Assembly: GCA_965644295.1 (NCBI GenBank)
Contig: CBFFRP010000320.1
Span: 1-40,155 of the forward strand
Source of the DNA: Paraphysomonas bandaiensis
Taxonomy: Eukaryota; Protista; Chrysophyceae
DNA length: 40,155 nucleotides
Direction: 5' to 3'
Positions 35,535 to 40,155 of the stretch are shown here, piece by piece. Under the pieces are notes generated by a model. It had not been told where the DNA came from. It saw only the letters and a program-made list of their open reading frames with translations, and made no database searches. The position numbers and the translations under genes are program-made. How positions within the stretch are numbered: the first letter of the stretch is position 1; each line of letters starts with the position of its first letter.

Positions 35535-38500
35535 ATGCGAGATTACAATGATACTTCCAGCAGATTTCGCAATGCTGTACATAGGCAAGGAATGATAATA
35601 AATAATTGTGGTGATAAGATTAATGTGGAAATGGTTTTATTTGATTCCGGATCATCTTCGGATAATTTTATTTCATCAAATTTTGTTAAGAAGTGTGGGG
35701 ACAAATTGTTAAAAGATATGGTACATAAAAAGTTGAGGGTTAAAGTAGCAGACGGACATCAGATTGAACTTAAAGGATATATTCCTGTTACAATTGCTTT
35801 TGAAGATGAGGGTAAGACCTACAAAGCACAACTTTCACTGTATGTTTTGGACGGTTTGGCAAAGGATATTATTATAGGATTACCGGCAATCTGTGAGCAT
35901 TTTTCCGAGTTATTTATGAACATGATTAAGAAAGCATCACTGAGTGCGGAGCAATCAGTTAATTTAAATGAGATAGAAATTCTTGCCAATATTGGTGAAG
36001 ACATTGACGAACTTAGGAGATATATGTCGTCAGGACCAGTGTGTGATCCTTGGGAAAATCCAATTCCAGAACAGTCAGAGGAAGATGATATGATTCCCGA
36101 ACCATGTAGTTTTGGAAGTTTAGTGACATTTTTGGAACAGTCAGTGGATGAGGCTAGGGAGAAATATTTTAGTGAACTAGAATCAAAAGTACATCCTGAT
36201 TTCGCTCAACAAACTGATATATTGAGAGTCTTGAGAGAGGATGCAGTTGACGTCTTTGTTCCTAGAGAGTGGACTGGAATTCAGCATGTTCCTGAGTTAA
36301 AATTAAAGGTGAAAAGTACTATTCCTGATAGAATTAAACCAAAGAATATGAGAAGAATACCACCTATGTTATATGAACGTACTAAGGAGGAGTTCAATAG
36401 GATGTGTGGATACTTTTATCGTCCCAGTACGAGTCCTTATGCATCACCAATAGTAGTAGCACCCAAGGCTACGAAACCTTTTATTCGAATATGTGGTGAT
36501 TACAGGCGTGTTAATTTAGAAATTGAAAGTCCGCATTATCCCATACCAGATGTTATAAAAGAATTACATAAAGCAGCTGGGTATAAGGTGTTCATTGATT
36601 TAGATATATGTAATGCGTTCCATGGTATTAGACTTCATGAATCAGTTTCAGCACTGTTGTCAGTTCAAACTCCATGGGGCCAGTTCGAACCAAAGTTTAT
36701 ACCAGAGGGAGTTTCTCCGGCAAGTGGAGTTTTGATGCATGTAGTGTCTGATATTTTCAATGAATTCTCAGAGTGGATGGTAGTGATATTTGACAACTTA
36801 CTGGTGTTAGCGTATGATTATCAGGATGCTATTGAGAAATTCAAGAAGGTCATTAAAAAATGTACTTATTATAATGTCGTGTTGAAATTGTCGAAAAGCA
36901 AATTTGGCTATTCATCAGTGGAATTTTTCGGCTATCTCTGCAAGGACAACACTTACCAATTAACTGAGGCCCGAAAATTATCAGTAACTGCAATTGAATT
37001 TCCAGAAGGGAAAAATAAGACGAAACAAATGCAGAGATTCCTGGGAGCGGCAATATATTTTAAACCTTTTATTCCGTTATATAGTGACCTTACTCATAAG
37101 TTACATGACATGACGAAGAAGAATTTTGACTGGAATGAGAATGGTTGGAAAGTAAATTACAGGGAGGAATTTAGTAGATTTAAAGAGGCGATTTTAAAAT
37201 CTCTTACTCTGTATCATCCTGACTACTCTTTAAGATGGATCTTGATGACAGATGCTTCGTTTTATGCATGTGGGGGTGTGTTGTTACAAATTTTCATTGA
37301 TGCCAATGGTCAAGAATTCTATCAAGTAATTGCAATGGTGTCGAAGAAATTTTCGGAACCAACATTGAAGTGGTCCACTATTGACAAGAGGAGTGTTTTG
37401 GAATATTCTTTTGTGTATATGCCTTGTCGTATTATTTGAGAGGTAAAAAGTTCACGATCATGACGGATCACGCCAATCTTAAATGGATGGAAGTTTCGGT
37501 TGTTGACAGAATAGTACGCATGCGGATGTTTATACAGAATTTCAATTTCGACTTGCTTCACTTCAAGGGAAAATTAAATAGATTTGCTGATTGGTTATCT
37601 CGTAAGGATCAGGAATCGGCTGTGGCTCATGTTATGTTATTGTCTGTTTGTATGGAATGTTTTCCAGAAGAAAGTGTCGCATGTGGTGAAGTAGTCATGT
37701 TTGAAAATACGGACTTACTACCAGATGATCAGCTTATTGAGCTTAACCAAGTAGGGGAATGGAGTTCAGAAACCGACGATGTAGCTTGTTATTCAGTGTT
37801 CCCAGCTGAGATACTTGCAGCTTTAGATGAACTAGCGGCTCAGGGTATAAAACCTAGTTCACCCAAAGAGGCGTTCGACTTAGTACACAATGGTCGGATA
37901 GGTCACCATGGAGTTAAACGAACATGGTTAAAGCTGAGTAAGGTATTTCCAGGTCACAAGTTAACCACAGAGGTGATACAAGATTTCATAGATCGGTGTC
38001 CCATTTGTCAGAAGTTCAATGCGGGAATGAGCGCTTCCTTGCAGGCACCTATCAGAGCTTTAGACTCCGAGCATTGTAGACATTACGTAGGATTTGACAC
38101 ACTCTCTGTGTCTCCTCCTGACAAGAAAGGGCATTGTTGCATCCATGTTGTAAAGCAATTGCCATCGCGTTTGGTTGGTCTGTATCCAGCAACTGATTAC
38201 ACGGCAGTTGGAGTAGCGCGAGCGTTGTTTTCTTATTTCGTGACGTACGGAATATCGGAAGTGTTAATTTCAGACCCAGGTTCGAATATTACAGCAGAGG
38301 TTGTTCAGTTATTGTTAAAATGGTTTGGCGTGCGTTTTCGAATGTCTTTGACAGATAGACATGAGTCCAACATGGTGGAGAGAACTCATAGAGAGACATT
38401 ACGATTTCTAAGTGCTCTTGTACATGATGAAAGGTTGCAAGATTGCTGGGGAGAGCCGGAGTGCTATATGGTAATCCAGTTCATACTGAATGATGAAATA

Positions 38501-39481
38501 AGTAGCGAAACGGGATTGTCACCTTTTGAGTTTACATTTGGTACAATAGACAAACCTTATTTCAAATTGTCAGATGCTGTGTCAGATTCGGTTGATACTA
38601 CGGAATATTTATCTCTTATAAATCAGAATTTGAGAACTATACGTGAGATTGCATGTGATGTCCAACGCAAGATCCAAGCAAAGAGAAAATCCAAAACACC
38701 TCCGGAGACCTTAACGGAATATCAACCCGGACAGCTTGTTTTATTCCAACCAAATTCTTCGAAATTTAAACCGTCAAAACTATATCCTAGATTTAAAGGT
38801 CCATACGAGGTTGTCTCTACGTACAAAGCAGATATCACCTGTACACATATTGTAATGCGATTTGAGGTAGTCTTTCATATGTCTTGGCTTAAACCATTTT
38901 TTGGTACTCATGATGAGGCATTTCGCATTGCTTTAGTAGACTATAACCAGTATGAAGTGCGAAAAATTGTGGCGTATCGGGGAGATCCTGAAAAGAGATC
39001 TACTATGGATTTTCTCGTATTATTTAGTGATGATTCACAAGTGTGAATTCCATACAATTCCGATCTTGCAACCGCACGGGCTTTCCAGCAGTATTGTAAA
39101 GACGTTCCTGCGTTGTTTCCACTTTTATTTTCTGCTAAGGAAGCTAAAGAACAACGACTACGAATGCGGAAACAGCAGATTGATGGAGTTCAACCAGGCC
39201 AAGAGGTGTACATCAACCTACGAGCTTGGGGAGCAGATTTCTACGATGCATTGTCTTTACCGGATTGCTATGTCACAAATTATGTAGTATTATGCCGTTA
39301 TAAACGATGGGCAGGCAAACGCCGTCTACGCATCGATTTATACTGCCCACTCTTCGACACTACCTATGAATGGAGTGCGTATGACGTTTACTGCTATGGA
39401 CTATGCTTCGACTTCAATCCGTCTACTATGGTGCTTGTCGATGCGGAGTTTTGCAAGAGTTTTCCTGATATACTCTTGTAA
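35535..39481 (+). CDS. Gypsy Pol (PR-RT-RNaseH-IN-chromodomain-extra domain), with a frameshift at ~37390 and an in-frame TGA at 39044-39046
   Basis: PR LFDSGS; RT SPYASPIV, RICGDYRRVN, DLDICNAFH, IFDN, FFGY; RNase H MTDAS, TDHANL, ADWLSR; IN HNGRIGHHG..CPIC, SDPGS, VERTHR, KGPY; chromodomain YEVRKIVAYRG..FLVLF. Confidence 0.92.
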
Positions 39482-39711
39482 ACAGGTTTTATTCTTCTAT
39501 TATATTATATGATAATATTTGCAATATTCTTTTATTTCTATTATAATACTACCTTGTCTATCTAGTGTATTCTCAATATCTGTTTAAATCTGATTTTGTT
39601 TGTTTATACTTAGAATGACGCTATCTATTATGGCCGATTTAAGTATTTGCATACATAAATCACAGTCTGTATTCACAATCTAATTTCTCCAGCTGGGGGG
39701 AAAGAGGGTAG

Positions 39712-40155
39712 TGTAACGCAGTACTGGTTATTTTCTGCGTTGGTAGTAGTATTATATGTTACTCTTCTGTTGTACTCTCTAACACGTACAGAGTGTTTTC
39801 GTATTTTCAGTTTTCAGTTACATATTCAGTTTCTACTTTTTCAGTGTATACACGGAGTGTTGAAGCTGTACATACGTACCGGATAAAATACTTCTGATCT
39901 GGTGTGTTGTGTGCTGAAGTGAAATGCTGAACATGATGTTGTATGTGTGTGTTACTGTAGAGTTGTATAGCAGTGTTACTCACTTTTCTATTACACGTTT
40001 TAAATAACGATTTATTTAAATTCTTTCGCGGTTTGCGTCTGAGTTGAGGAACATCACCCGCTGGTGAGTTCAACAGTGTAGCAGCCCGCTGGCGTGCACT
40101 TAAAATCTTTTTAAAACGTTATAGATCAGTGTTGTTTTTGTGTGAGCATACGTTG
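39712..40155 (+). repeat. Gypsy 3' LTR (partial)
   Basis: Follows the PPT; direct repeat of 33357-33800. Confidence 0.93.

Larger units (their letters stand above)
33357..40155 (+). mobile_element. Chromodomain-bearing Ty3/Gypsy LTR retrotransposon nested in Copia-B; 3' LTR runs off the window
   Basis: LTRs start TGTAACGC at 33357 and 39712, with one mismatch seen in 444 bp. PPT GGGGGGAAAGAGGG at ~39695-39708. Order Gag-PR-RT-RNaseH-IN-chromodomain. Confidence 0.96.

Noticed and set aside
35511-39046. TGA reassigned to Trp (alternative genetic code)
   Set aside because: Trp is TGG at conserved positions throughout host and element genes. Two in-frame TGAs in one transposon are better explained by readthrough or mutation.

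Overview
AT-rich eukaryotic nuclear DNA with short GT-AG introns. Gene content suggests a stramenopile or similar protist, but that is inference. Host genes, left to right: an Asp/Asn beta-hydroxylase-sulfotransferase fusion (-) head-to-head with a MATE exporter (+); a mucin-like type I membrane protein with about 28 x 45-aa repeats (-) head-to-head with a U-box/vWA/Vwaint/Hint (Vint) gene (+); an SRP (7SL) RNA gene (-) that the ORF track cannot show; a cytosolic-type sulfotransferase; and a divergent (pseudo)kinase with an inverted, decayed paralog. Retroelements make up about 40% of the window. One is a very young full-length Ty1/Copia element (apparently identical 293-bp LTRs, TA...CA termini, TCGAT target-site duplication). 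The rest form a four-layer nest: an old inverted LINE 3' end, cut by a second Copia (TA...TA LTR), whose LTR carries an RNase H-bearing LINE of the same family and whose pol carries a young chromodomain Ty3/Gypsy element. That Gypsy is the most unusual object: IFDN instead of YxDD in RT, a CCCH zinc finger in Gag, a single in-frame TGA between gag and pol, no tRNA PBS, and an extra domain after the chromodomain.
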